64,000 bases of DNA from Blastocystis sp. Blastoise (GCA_039096225.1 JBBPEB010000033.1:1178001-1242000), one strand, 5' to 3'; positions 15,963 through 30,668 are shown, counted from the first letter of the stretch. A program made the numbers and translations. Notes: generated by a model from the sequence alone, not told the origin.

Positions 15963-17763
15963 TAATATATATAGAGTAATAAATGTAGAATATGTATAGT
16001 AATAAATATAGTAATAATAGATAATATTATATATATATACTTGATATCTAAGGAATTCAGGACTATCATATAAATCATGTATATTATCTTTATTCAATTG
16101 TTCTTGTAATAGATATACATTCTTATATTTGGTTCCCGCGTCGATAGTTGCCGCCAAGGAAGTCACGAGAGGTTCATTGTTATTAATCATAATGAATGAG
16201 AAGAGAGAGAAAGAGGAAGTGAAGTATTGACGGATGTCCAGTGTAAGAAGGAGAAATGACTAGAAAAGAGGGGAATATATAGCTAGAATAAATATAGGAA
16301 TATATAGCTAGAATATATATAATAATAAGCATAATAATATGTGGAATAACAATAATAAGTAATTATAATAGAGTATAAAAAGAGAAAAATAAGAGAATGT
16401 CACAGTATGCGCCACATACGACGATCTACTTTGATATTTTGCTTTAGAATTCGAAGAACAGTTTTGTCAGATATAGGACGTGCTTTGAACGATAAATAAT
16501 TAATAATGGCACTATATATAAAAGTATATATAGGTATATATAGTGAGAAAAAATAGATATATATGGTTATATAAAATACTATACATATATATATATACTT
16601 CATAGTAGCTTCTCCATTGATTCTATCTACAAATAGATTACGACTATGAATATTCTCAACCCCACGGGAAATCATCAAATCAAAGGGTAATTGTAAATAC
16701 CTATATAGTTATATATATAGTTATATATATATTAGTTATATATATACAGATCAATAAGAGTAGGTATATATGTAGAATTGAGACCCAATCGGAGTAGAGA
16801 ATAAAGAGCAATACCATCACTCACCTATATATATAGTTATATATAGTTATAAATATAGTTATATATAGTTATATATAGTTATATACTATTCTTATAATAT
16901 CGTTAAAGAATTGAGTGTAATCTTTGTTATTCTTATACCTATAATATAATAGTATATAATAATAAATAATAATAAGATATAATAATATATAATAGTATAT
17001 AACATATAATATACTTATCAAGATTGTCTAGAAGAAGTCGGCCTTGACTTTCTTTGCTCATCAGATCCCCGCGGGGATCTGTGTATAATTGATGCATAGT
17101 ATCAATAAGTGTATAGATAGGGGGTAATTGTATATATGTATATAAAGACAGGGAAAAGAAGCATATAAGTCTTCAGATAGAGTCCTAATATATATATATT
17201 GATAAATAGATTAAAAAAGAATATATATATATATATATATACCATCTGACTTTAGATTGTTCAATTAAACTTAATATCATGTCCATTGTTAGTATCTGAT
17301 TATATATATAAGAATTCGTCTTTATTCCATTTTGATATAGTTTATTTAATGTATTTTTAGTTACATAAGAACTACATATATATATATATTATGTATATCG
17401 GACATATTCTGTAGAGTTGATTGAGCATATATATTGTTGAAAAGTGGCTTAATATTGATGAATTGAATCAAAGCAAGACTTCCCGCCAATTTCACAGTCA
17501 ATAAACCAGTATTTCTATATACATATATATATATATATAGATCATATATAATAAGAAGATTAGCAGAAAATACACAGAATATATATTATTCATGTATTAT
17601 ATATACTATTATATATACTTATATATACTATTATATACATATATATTGTCCATAGATAGCTACTGTTTTATACTCATTTAGAGGGATACGAGGTAATAAA
17701 TAAGAAAAAAAAATTAGATACATGACCATATTCCCGTGAATACATAACAATTAATAAATCAGC

Positions 17764-17805
<42 letters not shown>

Positions 17806-17978
17806 TTGATATACAATTAATAGTATAGGAATTATAACGTGCTTTAATGTTCTTTGAGGGATGGAGGAGTGCGTCAGTGAGGGACTTATAAGAAGTAACT
17901 ATAAGAATGTATATATATATAATGATGATTATGAAGATATATATATACAGGTAGATCTTTCAATAGGTTGAAGACGAC
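15222..17978 (-). pseudogene. Captured multi-exon fragment of an unidentified, probably alpha-helical host gene ('gene X')
   Basis: About 13 GT-AG-bounded exons, e.g. YLQLPFDLMISRGVENIHSRNLFVDRINGE, SFLLLTLDIRQYF...EFLRYQ, YVDIPSSSLLLLPAESLNELL...YIL*KTLFK, HKTLLSSNILRIDIQSVIRP...ETAQLI. In-frame TAG stops near 15750 and 17660 and a frameshift near 17150. I see no UTP20 resemblance. Confidence 0.6.
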
Positions 17979-18041
17979 TATATATATATATATATTTATT
18001 ATTATTATTAATATTATTATTATATAAAATAATATATATAC

Positions 18042-18730
18042 ATCAAGTTGTTGGAAGCTCTTTAGAATACGAAGTGCATGGAGACGATGTGTATGTAAAG
18101 GGGAGGCGAGAAGTGGTGCGAGGGTAGGGATAAGGGCCTGAAGGCGAGAGGATGAAAGGTAAGGACTCTCAGAAGATAATGATGTATATATATATGCAAA
18201 AGTAGCTAAAATCATAGAATTATTTTAATTTATAGGAATCAATTCAGATAATATTGAAAATAATTATTCTTGTTGTTGTAAGGAATCCGTAATAGTATCT
18301 CTTTCAAAAATATTTATATATATATAATGAATAATTTTTGACCAATAAACTTCATTCTCCATATATAAACCTATATATATATATAATAATAAGTATATAT
18401 AATATAATAAATATAATAATAATATATATATACAATCTCGTTTATCATTTAATTGGCTTAATAATTGAATAGCTTCCTTATCTATTGTTCACTAATTGTT
18501 GATATATATATATATAAAATAATAAATGATAACAACTGGAAATAATTCTATAGTTGAACTATATATATATTATTTTCATAATCATAAATATCATAAATAC
18601 TATAATAAATATACTAATAAATATAATAATAAATATATACTCATCAATATTTTTATACATTAAAGGACCATAAAATAATTCTAAACATAGAAAGAATGCC
18701 ACACTTAATTAAAGTATTGACCTCGTATAT
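18042..18730 (-). pseudogene. UTP20: Captured UTP20 fragment A (upstream part), with nonsense mutations
   Basis: LIPTLAPLLASPLHTHRLHALRILKSFQQLD matches the UTP20 'NL...H.IRL.TLRIL..F' motif that normally lies about 30 aa before the start of fragment B. The same exon has two in-frame TAA stops (QQQE*LFS, PIN*NNS). Confidence 0.65.
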
Positions 18731-19280
18731 CTATATATATAATTTGTTATCAAAAATGAAATAATATTCCTTTTAAATATAAATAAGAAAATAACGATCA
18801 CTATAATAAACTAATATACAAATAAATCAATGAAATAATAATGATAAAAAGCAATTATAATATAATTAATATAAATACTAAATAAACCTTATAGATAACG
18901 CACAATAAATACTCTTGAAAAATACTGATCATCCTGCACTATAAAATAAAGATAAATCAAATAAATATTACAAATGAAGAAACGAATTATATACAAAAAA
19001 TATTTGTTGATCCATTTGAACCATCTGGAATGCTATAGATCCTGATTTCACAGTATAAAGAGTTGTTTAAAAGCTAAAAGCCTTGATACCTAAAGAAAGA
19101 AAGTAATTAAGTAAAGCAGATTATAAAAATTAAAATAAATACTCAAGGCGAATACTCTTGATAAACTAAGTTAATTAAATTAAACCAAAATAAATGATCG
19201 TATCAAGAGATAATCAAAATAAATATATAAAAGAACAAGTTTCATAAAAAGATGTTTTTCCAAGAAATAAAAATAAAAAT

Positions 19281-19354
19281 GCCTCTTGCGAGATTCGATC
19301 CAGCGACAATTACCATAATAGCTACAGCGCTGGTCAACTATACCAACCGATTTC
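19281..19354 (-). ncRNA. tRNA-derived Pol III-like unit 1 (degenerate pseudo-tRNA) inside the hAT
   Basis: Minus strand GAAATCGGTTGGTATAGTTGACCAGCGC...GCTGGATCGAATCTCGCAAGAGGC, 74 nt. It has an A-box-like TGGTATAGTTG, a B-box-like GGATCGAATC and a downstream TTTTT. The acceptor stem does not pair. Confidence 0.55.
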
Positions 19355-19645
19355 TCAATTTTATTTTTTCATGTGTTCTATATAATAAGTTTAAAATTAT
19401 TTGATATCTTCAAATATTATATTTATGCTCTTTTATTACATTTATAACATTCTAGAAATACTTAGAATTGTTTTTAAACAATAATTACTATTTTTTGAAA
19501 AAAAAGTTTGTTGATATGTTGATTCTAAACTAAAAAGCAGATATCAATGATGTAAATAATGTTTACAGATAATAAAAATGAAACAAAGTTGATTTTAAAT
19601 AAAATCATTGTAAATAGCAGTCAAAAGAAAAAGTTTAAAAAAATA

Positions 19646-19718
19646 GTTCCTCGTAAGATTCGATCCGTCCACTATGTAAAAATTTTATACGCACTGACCA
19701 TTTGACCAAACAACTCCC
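19646..19718 (-). ncRNA. tRNA-derived Pol III-like unit 2 (degenerate pseudo-tRNA), paralogue of unit 1
   Basis: Minus strand GGGAGTTGTTTGGTCAAATGGTCAGTGCG...GACGGATCGAATCTTACGAGGAAC, 73 nt. It has an A box TGGTCAAATGG, a B box GGATCGAATC and a downstream oligo-T run. The upstream TTATTATAT...ATGAAAAA is shared with unit 1. Confidence 0.55.
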
Positions 19719-21446
19719 TTATAATATTTTTCATCAAGTCATATAATAATTGCAAAGCTAGTGACTACTAACCGTTTTTTTATTTTTTTATTTTTAAACA
19801 TAAAAACAATATATTTTATAATATAAATATTATAAATGTGTTGTGTGACTTATTCTACATATAAAATACATTTTAAAACCATTTTATAAGGCTATTAAAA
19901 ATCATTTTGTTGGACGTATTGTTTTTTCAAATCCAGCTTTTGTTCATTGTATTGTTTTTTGTTTGATTTTTGAAAAATAATATTTTAATATGCTTTTCGT
20001 TTATTTAATTTTTATTACTTGTCAGGATGTATCTGTACAGTCCCTACAAGACTACTTCATGATATTTTATAAAAATAAAAACTTTTTAATTACATTATTA
20101 TTTTTTATAATATTTTTTAGTATTTATTGACATTATTTTTCATTATAAACATAAATAAAAGTCTTTAAAATAATATACAAAAGAATATCTTAAGCAATTG
20201 ACTTTTGTCACAAAATAATTTTTATTTGTCACCCAAATTAACACAAATAGTCAAATATAGGAATCATACTTGTTGTTATTTGATGACTTATGAACTTTTA
20301 AGTCATGTATCTGTCACAACATGTGTCACAAAAATCTTCTTAGATGACTTATTTCAAAACATTTATACATTATATATCAAAATAATATGTTTTAAGTTAA
20401 AAACTGTCATGTCATAGTATAATAGTCAATGAATGAATTACTTTTTTATGTCACCCGGTCTTTTTTTCATGAAAAGTGTGTAAATTAATGCGTCTTGATG
20501 AGCTGAGTTTGAAAATTTTTTGACCACTAATAATCAGTATTTAGCCAATTTAAAAGAATTCAAAGTTTTGTAAAAATTTGAAGCATGTATTGCTATTATG
20601 ATTCTACTACTACTATATTATTAAGATCTACACATAATCACGCTTTTTTCCTAATTGTTAAATACTTAAAGACAATCAATCATTATAACTACATGATTAA
20701 CATTCTAAAAATGCTAAAAAATTCAATTTGCTCTCTAATTATAATATGTGTAAGGTTATTATTTATTCAACAACAAATCAAATTACATCAACAAACACAA
20801 ACCTCGTGTAAAATGTCAAAAACATCATTATTGAGCTTATCTCGATCCTCTAAAAATTATTAAACGTTTTATTCTATGTAGATTTATAAAAATTAAAAGA
20901 AAAATGAAATAAAAGATTTAAGCGCAAAAACAACATCGAAAAGCGCACTTTGCGCTTAAAGCGCAGTTTTGGCACACCCTGCTATTGAGCAAAAACATCG
21001 CTTTTTAGTAAGAATGAACAACCAATAGAATGACAAATAAAAATATAAAAATTAGTGAAAAAGACGCGTCAATGAAAACAGATTTCGGCCAGTCTCCGAT
21101 ATTACTCGCTATTCTCGAATTTATAAAAAAGTTAAAATCTCAATCAAAACCATGGTTTCTTAAAACTTGGTTTCTTATTGGTTCTCTCGTTAGGCTTGGG
21201 CATAAGACATTCTGTGTCATAATATGTCCATAATAAACCAATAAATATCTTTCATGATATATATACAATTTCCTTGATCGAATAACAAATACTTGAACAT
21301 TTGTCAGTCTTTTCATGGACACCATTTTCAGCCTTTCAATAATTCTCTGCTGACGCTTTAGCATTTCATAGTATTTTTGAGATTATTCTTTTTATTAGAT
21401 TTATTTTTGTTTTTCGTATGATATTTTCCTGTTTTTCATCATAGCT

Positions 21447-22090
21447 ATGCCCAGAGATTCTTCACTCCTTTCTCCTTTGAATTCTAGAAGCTATATCTGC
21501 CCTAACTGTAAAAGAAACATCATTCCACCTCTAGATACTGCCGACTTCACTTGCATTTGTGGAGAAGTAAGTTTCTTTTTCTTATAATAACAGTTCCTTT
21601 TGAAATATTTTTGGTTTTTTACTAACTTATTCCATATATAGGTCTTAGCATTTGTCCAACCAACAGGATATGACGCTTATCAAACACAATATTATATGGA
21701 ACCTATGTACTATCCTCAATATCCAGAATATCAAACAGCTCCTACTTATTCTTGCCCTCCTCCGATTGAAAAGAGACCTCCTATGGAACCTTCAAGATAT
21801 TATTCGCCACGCAACGTTAATTATCCAAATTCTTATATCCCAGAATATTATGAACCTCCTTATTACTATGAAGAACCAAGCTATTATCCACCAACTTATA
21901 ACGAAAAGTATATATACCTATTTATATCATAGAATAATATATTTATTCTTTCCAATATTCATAAATTCACTATGGTCTATTTTAATGTACGTCAATCGTT
22001 ACCTTATTTAATGTTATATATAGTTCTCCTGTTTATCCTACGATGGCTGTGAATCAACCTCAATATTATCCTTCTAATTATCCATATTAA
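21447..22090 (+). CDS. Small protein with an N-terminal Cys Zn-ribbon (LSD1-like spacing) and a Pro/Tyr-rich tail; 3 exons
   Basis: MPRDSSLLSPLNSRSYICPNCKRNIIPPLDTADFTCICGE|VLAFVQPTGYDAYQTQYYMEPMYYPQYPEY...|SPVYPTMAVNQPQYYPSNYPY-TAA; GT-AG introns join in frame. Confidence 0.7.
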
Positions 22091-23932
22091 TTTTTGTCTC
22101 ATTGTGTTTACTTCTTTTTTCTCATTTTTATTTCTTATTTTGTCCACACATTCATATGAATACATATAATACTTGCTATTATCATTTGTTTTGGTGTCTT
22201 TCTCTTCTTTGTATTTATATATCTTTGTTATTTTTTTATACAAATCTTTTATTTTTTTTTATCTTAGATGTTCTCTCTTGTAAACTATTTATCCTTCAAA
22301 AGGATTCATTTTTATTTTTATAAATACACTCGTTTCATTATTATTTTTTGTTGTTCTTATTGTTCTTGTAGTCAATGTTTATTTTATTCTTGTTGGTCGC
22401 ACGTATTGACTCTCCCTTTATTTTTTTTTTGCTTGTTTTGTTATCATTTAGTTTTATCATCATTCTTTTATTATAAATCATTCTCTATAAATGCAATTAT
22501 TTTTGTAAACGTTCAAAATGCAATTGTAAGAAAATATTTGTTTGTTAATCTCTATAAATGTTTCCTCAAATATTTTTTATCAATACACAGTAAATACTAT
22601 TTAAGGAAAGAATTGTATATTGTTAAATAACAAAAACACAAGAAAAACACTTTTTCAAATCTTTGTTTTGATATAATTGTAATTAATAAACCATTCTCTA
22701 TCCTATCTATCCTATTTGGATTCACAGAAATCTTAGAGACTAACCTAGTCACGAATTCAAACATATTCTAAAAGTGAATTATAATAGTTTCTACTCCATA
22801 GAAATCTTATCATAATGTATATAAATTATCAAATTATTAATATTCAAAATTGAATATAAAACAGTTAAAAGAAAAGGAAACAAATCACCAAACAAAAAGA
22901 AACCAGAAACCAACAACCGTTCATGTCTCCTCTAAGATTTTATTCAGATCTTTAAATAATCTAAAAAGATGACGCATCCTTAGTCATTAACGAAATCAAA
23001 AACAGTCAATTCACAAAGATCTTCCTCATTACTTGTTGTTGCTATTGGTTTTATACTGTAGAAAATTCGTTGCTTGAAATATAATGTATATAAACGTATT
23101 GTTGATTGATTAAAAGTTCTTCTGAAATCTCTTTTGATATTGAACACTTATTTCATATGAAAAGTTTAATGACAAAGAGAGTATCATAATCATCATTCTG
23201 AATATACAAATGAACGCAGAAATTATCATACTGAACTGCTTATAGTTACAAAGGTTTTTTCATACCAATATAAGAACATTAAATAATTGAAGTTTCAATA
23301 ATTTCTGTACTGAAACCATATATTGCATCTTTTTATGCATGAAGATTTATAGTATTGCGTCTAAAATATAATAAATAGATCCGATGAAGGAATAACTAAT
23401 TTTTAACAAATTATTGTGAAATTGTTTTTTTTCACTGTTTTCATTTTTATTTTGCATCATTATTATTTAGAGTCGTGTCTACACTATATCCTCATTCTAA
23501 TTAAGTATTCCAGAACCTATAATTTCAACAAGATTCTTGTTGATTAGTATTTGATTCTCTTGTATTAATAATTTATACAGTTCATTGATTTATATATTTT
23601 ATCAGAGACCTTTATAGACAAATAATAATAAATAAAGTCTTCAGAATGGGAAATGAGTACTCTCATCAATAAGAATATGCCGTTCATTGAATTGAAACTG
23701 ATTCATCAGTTGTTCGTATAAATTATAAACTATGATTTATAAAAATAGTATAACTTATTAATAAATATAATAATCTACAGATCCAATTTATTAATTCATA
23801 TTATATAGAAGTGTTCTACACATTAATTGATCGTTCTTCTTCATAAAATTAATTGAAACAAAACTTAAGAATAAAAAGAAAACGGAAGTCAATGAAAAGA
23901 ACTGATTTTTTGCTTTAGTTTGTTTTTCAGTC

Positions 23933-24939
23933 ATGGAACCAGTTGGTTATCAGAGAAAGTTCAATTGGTCAATCTTTAAATCTTCTATGGGTGAAGGGGA
24001 TCGATTATTTCATAGACCATCTATATTGCAAACGGTTATGTTAGCTGCTTTTCTGGCTCTCTTATTGCTTTACAATATAAATATGCCAAACTACAATTCA
24101 GATACGGCGTTTTATGGTGCATTGTCAGTTCAGAATGGGATTCATTTTATTCTCGACACAGCCTCATCATCACTCAGATCAGATAAAATAAAAACATCGC
24201 TCTCTAGAGACATCGACATTACTCTTGCAACACATTCCACGTATTTTTATTCTTTTATTCCCTTTTTATTACATTTCCTATAGAATTGATCAGCTTTTAT
24301 ATTTACATTATGTTGAAGAAAGATGGCCAGGGTATACTAATTCTATTTTTATGAATATTATTCATAACATTCTAATTGTTTTTTCTAATTATAAACATTT
24401 TTAGAAAAATCAATATTGCCATCTGTTCTAGCTTTAACGATTCAACTATTGCTGCCAATTCCTTATCCTTAACTCATTCCAATAGAATTCATATATCAAT
24501 GTATATAACAGAAGACCCAGATCGCTATCCAATCAATATTCTCCGAAATATCGCCATCCAATCAGTTCGAACCACGTATTTTCTTATGATTGATATCGAT
24601 GTCATACCTTCTGGTATATATAATTGTTTTTTTTCTTATTTAATATTTATTATTTTTATTTTTATTTCTTATTTATATAGTTTATTTGTTTTTGTTTAGA
24701 TATAAAATATATTACTTCTCTTTCTTATCTTTTCATATATATAGTTTGTTTTTTTTTTCTATATAATATGTATATATATATATAGTTTATCTATATGAGC
24801 ATTCATTATTGTATTTATCTTCAATCTCCTCTTTCTCCCATACATTCATGTATGTTATTCCCTACTTTGAAACACAAAATACCCTCCCCAACAAGTCTTG
24901 CGCGCAATCCACGGAACAATGCCAATTAGAGTATATATA

Positions 24940-24989
<50 letters not shown>

Positions 24990-25147
24990 TTATTATTATT
25001 ATTATATTTATTAATTTATTATTAACTTATTCTTATTATACGTATTAAACAGAAAACTAAAAGAGATTCCCGTGAATAAAAAACATTTAAAACGATGTTT
25101 AAAATCACAATTCTGTCTGGATCCCTTCCGTAAAGATTCAAAACATG

Positions 25148-25197
<50 letters not shown>

Positions 25198-25831
25198 AAT
25201 TCATATATATAGAGTTATATACCTGACGCATTCTTCTTAAAGAAATCTGAGGCTGTGTCAATAGGGAATACAATTCAATATTATCATGAACCGTATATAT
25301 ATATATATAGAATACAAAATGATTATATATTAATAATTATATATATAAAACTATGCAATAATAATATATATATATAGTTATTTTATTATTGAGAAATCCT
25401 CCTTTTTACCCATATATAACGAGGCTCTTAGTATATATGAAGGTGATCGATATGAATATATAATACATTTATATTGTAAGGGATATAAACCAGTTATACT
25501 AAATCAAGAGTTCCTTGTTCATCTATCCCATCCAATGTATATATATATATATATATATATAGAATCATTATTATTGATTGCTATCTCATATTCTATATCT
25601 TCTATATATTATTATTTATATTCCTATATATATATAATCAATATTATTGATGGCTATTTTAACTAATATCTCTTCTATATATATAGATCTATAATAAAAC
25701 GAAAGATCATACGAGATAGACTCTCTCTTATCCCTCCTTATTTATTCAGTATACTATCACACTATAAATTAGAAAACGATAATATTCAACATCCTTTATG
25801 TCAAGCTAATCTTACTCATTTTACTATATAA
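23933..25831 (+). CDS. GT49-family glycosyltransferase (LARGE C-terminal/B4GAT1-like), type II membrane protein; multi-exon
   Basis: N-terminal TM helix; ITLATHST..RWPG, YPINILRNIAIQSVRTTYFLMIDIDVIPS (DxD), HEPYFII, FLVHLSHP; stop at 25829-25831. Confidence 0.85.
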
Positions 25832-26129
25832 TTATATATACAATATTATATAAAGTATTCTATACAATACTATATATAGTATTTCATATTATTCTTAGTG
25901 TAATTCTATTCGTATTTATATTGTGCTATACTATATATATATATAATTATTATTTATTATTATTTGAACTAAAATATATGCTTGTTGAATTGTCATTCTG
26001 TTTTTTATTATATACTCATCGATATATTTATTTTTTAATATATTTCCTTTCTCTTCTTATTTTCATTTATTGTATCAATCTATTCATTCTTTCTTTTTAT
26101 TTCGTACCATTCTTTCACCATTTTTTTTC

Positions 26130-26161
<32 letters not shown>

Positions 26162-26542
26162 TACTTATTTCTTTTTAAATATTAAATTTATATTTTTATT
26201 ATTATTCACATTTTATTGATATCTCTTTATATTTATTATTTTCTATAATGTTTCGTTTTAACTATTTTATTTTTCATACTAAATGTTATCTATTTATATA
26301 TAGATAATAAAATATATATATATATGCAACAAATATTCATAATTAACATATAGTATAAAATATCATTAAGAATAAGCTATAAAGACATAATAATAAACAA
26401 CTAAACAATAAATAGTGAATGATTCATATAAATATATAGAAAGAGATAGATTATATATTCATAATAACAACAAAAAAATGATTCAAAACATTAAAAAAAA
26501 AAGAAACAATATAATAATGTATACATAATTTCTATATATTAT

Positions 26543-27399
26543 TTATTTGGAGATACATAATTTAAATTCTTGGATAATTCGTTTTAATCCAAAAATAAAA
26601 TTAGTATCTATTTTTGTTTTATCTAATTTACACGAATGACCAAAATCAATTACATGAATTGTAGGATAATATTTATGATTATCATCACTTGGAGAGCCTT
26701 CATATATTATCAATAAACTAGAACATATTAATCTATGTCCTCCAGGAATATAGAGAACTCGAAGAAGTTCTTCTAACTGAGAAACAATATCACATACAAC
26801 AGAATCGACATCTTCAGGTTGAACAGACTGTAAATAATTTATAAATCCTTGGTGAATCGTATCTAGAGTCAATGAGTAACTATATTTCTTATCATAAATC
26901 CGGTATTCTTTGATCTTCGAATCATAAATTCGCATTCCAGTAAAACGAAACCCTAATTGTTGTTGAATAGGATACTTAGATCTCTCCTTATCTATTTTAC
27001 TTTGTGGCGCATCATCATCCCATGTTTGAGCACCTACTTTAATATCTACAATACAAGGATGAACATATTGTTTCGTTAAATCATCTAAAATAATAAAATC
27101 TATATCTTGCTGTGCTTCTATAACTATGTTCTTGATACCATAATACTTTGGAATAAAGGGCTCTAAATTTGGATTTGTTTCATGTATATTTTCATAGAAT
27201 TCCTTTTCAATATTCCTATATTTATTATCAATTATAGATATAGATCAGATGTTATAATTAATAAACGTTACCCTCTTCCATTTGATTGAAATCCTTTGTA
27301 TATACAATTACCAGACTTTAAAAATCCTTCACCTGGCTTCTTGAAGGAATGCCCACCCACTTGATTTTCAAAACTAGAGTATTCTTCTGATTGATTCAT
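26543..27399 (-). CDS. Inositol polyphosphate kinase (IPK/IPMK family); one short intron
   Basis: QVGGH, FIPKYYG, PCIVDIKVG (PxxxDxKxG), GFRFTGMR, SSLLIIYE, IDFGH. Confidence 0.93.
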
Positions 27400-27993
27400 T
27401 ATTAATTAATATTCTATTTAAATGTAAAAAATCTCTTTAGGAAAATGTGTTCTTTTTTATAGCCAATCCTATTGTTTTCGAGCATCGAAAGAATCCCGTC
27501 TTCCAATCATATGATAGAATAAAGACAAACCTTTTCTCGTTTTTTATGGAATACTCTTTTAAAATGGACGTAATGATATTGAAATGTTTATAAACGAATG
27601 TTTTTATGAACTCCTCAAGCTTTATGTTCACATAGATATATATATATATACCCAAAAAGAGGATATCTCTTTTTTTATGCATTACTATTTTATAAGAACC
27701 CAACATAAATTTTATTTCATAATAAAAAGTATTATAGACTTACCAAGATATGAAATCAATGTATTCGAAAATACAATAAAAAATAATAATAGTAAAATAG
27801 TTCAGAAATATATATGTGTATGTATAAAAATTTATAATAAAAAAAATGCATTTATATAAAGAAAATAGTTGAATAGAGATATATACAAAAAAAAAAACAC
27901 TCTATTGAGTATAAATAAGAAAGCAAAAAAAAAATTTCTTTAAAAAGAAATGAATATAAATATATAGATATATATATATATAGATATATAGTA

Positions 27994-28470
27994 TTACATA
28001 TGATAATCATTAGGAACATCATAATTATAAGCTTCAAATTCTAAGTCACCCAATTGTTTACAAATATCATTCGGTACTAGCACTTGCTCTGCAGTATATA
28101 ATAACTTTTGTTCTGTTAATCGACTTTGCCATACTTCATTTCTATTGGTATGATTGGTGAATAACTATATATATATAATAGTATTATTATTTCTATTATT
28201 ATTATGTTTTTATTTGGAATAATAATGAGTATTAATAAGTAGACCAATATATATAAGAATATGATGATAATGATGATATATATATATATATACTTGATAG
28301 ATTTCATCAGAGGAATGATAAATAAGAAAGTCCTGTAATAGTGATAATATAGCAATACCCACTTTAAATAAATATTTAGTTCCTTCAAGAATCATATTAT
28401 CCCATATTCTCAATACAGTCTAGAAGAGAATCAGTATTAGTAAATATGTAAAATATATATAAGTAGAAGC

Positions 28471-28507
<37 letters not shown>

Positions 28508-29916
28508 GTATAAACATAATAAGTATAATAATAATATATATATACAGGAAGTGGGAATACCGATACAAAGGCGCGTTGAAGCCACCAGGGGAAGAAGAAG
28601 CCATACTCGATATTCAGCGACTGAAAGTGGCTGAAAACAACTGGTAAGCGAAGACTGACTAGTGACTTGAAACATGATGTGTATTGACTATATATATAAT
28701 AATAATAATAAATAGATGAACAATAAAATATAATAGATATTTATATCTATTATCAGTATACTATTGTTTAATAAACTTTATATATAAAATAACAATATAT
28801 ATATATCACAAAATATAATAATAATAATAAAACTAAAAAGCAAATAATAATAATAATAATAATAAATAAATAAATACATAAATAAATAAATAACAATAAT
28901 AATAAGACTACATACCATTGAAGATCATCTCGCTGTTGATTAAACGCCAAGAAATGATACTTGGTCATCATGTTTGAAAAGGCCACAAACAGTTGATATT
29001 CATCGTCAATAAGAATAGCTAACACTCCTCCTATATACGACATAGCCTGGTGATAACCTATATCACTTCGATAACAACTAAAAGCTTCTAGAACACGCTG
29101 TAATTTCTTATATAGATTACTGTTACAATGAAATAAATTATAACTTGCAAATGTACGAGGTAAATCTTTTTCTATAGATTGAATTATATTCTCCCCGTGG
29201 GAAATCATAGGTAATATACATTGAGTATTATGATTTCCCATATTTTTATTCGTATCAACTCCTTTTTTCATATCACTTAAATAATTAATATACATCGTAT
29301 ATAAAGATTTTGATATTCTTAATTCATTTCCTATTATATTTCTATAGAACATTCCTCTGTAGATTGTAGCTACACCCTGTTTTACAGCAGCAGAGATTTC
29401 CTTGGTTATTTGACCTTTACTCTCAAATAATGGATATATCTTCTCACTCCATAATTGCTCATTTCTTAATTCTCCACGTAAAACATCTTTTCGTGCAGCA
29501 GTACTTAAAAAATTCACTTCTAAATCACCGTTTGATCGCACTATATGAGTATCTTCAGAAGGAAAAGAAGTTAAATATAATGTATGACGGAATCCAGCAA
29601 TAACCTTGGTTATTTTAGGGTTTCGAGGAGCTAATAATTCAGGAAGATAAAAAATCGGTTTTGTATTGGTTGGCGTATTTAAACAACTGTTTTTATTGGC
29701 TCCCCAGCCAATGATCCCTCCTTTATTTGTTAACAGCAACACGTGACTCATCTTAGCATCAATATCGATGACGCGTTCTCCGTCTTGAAGGATATCTTTA
29801 AGGAATACCGAAGTAGGAGTAGTAGAAGATATAGGAGCTTCAGCTATATATAGATATCCACACTTTTATACAAATATAGAGGTATATATATAGTTAATGG
29901 ATAAATAGAATACACA

Positions 29917-29975
<59 letters not shown>

Positions 29976-30155
29976 ATTCTTATTGATAAATGGAGATTGT
30001 ATTCCGAGTTCACCCAATGAGGAGGTTCCCCAGGAGTATCTAAAGAGGGATTTGGAATAGTATTACAAAGATACATGCATAAATATAATTTTTTAAATAT
30101 ATATAGTATTTATTAATTGAATAATACATATATAGTGTTTATAAAGTATAATAAG

Positions 30156-30194
<39 letters not shown>

Positions 30195-30370
30195 CTCCTC
30201 TTTGAGTAAGAGCATAAACAGTAGTATATGCAGTACACACTTTAATAATACGATTCTCACTATCACGATTCTTATTCATACCCTCTATTCTCCGCGGGGA
30301 TGTAACATATTCTTCTGTTGTATATCCACCTTGATAGTTCTCCGTACGACCGGATATATATAATTCATTA

Positions 30371-30438
<68 letters not shown>

Positions 30439-30631
30439 AATAGAAGAGAAATCATATATATAAATCATATATATATAAAGAGAAATGATATATTTATATA
30501 CTAAAAGTAAGGAAAAGAGTGTTATTATATCCCAAAGACACTTTAAATATATTCTTATTAAAGCAAGTAAGCTATATAATAATATATATATATATAATAA
30601 TAATAATAAATATAATAATATTAATAATAAT

Positions 30632-30668
<37 letters not shown>

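Noticed and set aside
15745-18275. In-frame TAA/TAG codons suggesting stop-codon reassignment
   Set aside because: They occur only in the transposon cargo, together with frameshifts. Intact host genes end in TAA/TGA and have no internal stops.
19281-19718. Functional tRNA genes
   Set aside because: Acceptor and T stems do not pair and no 7-nt anticodon loop can be assigned; kept only as tRNA-derived units.
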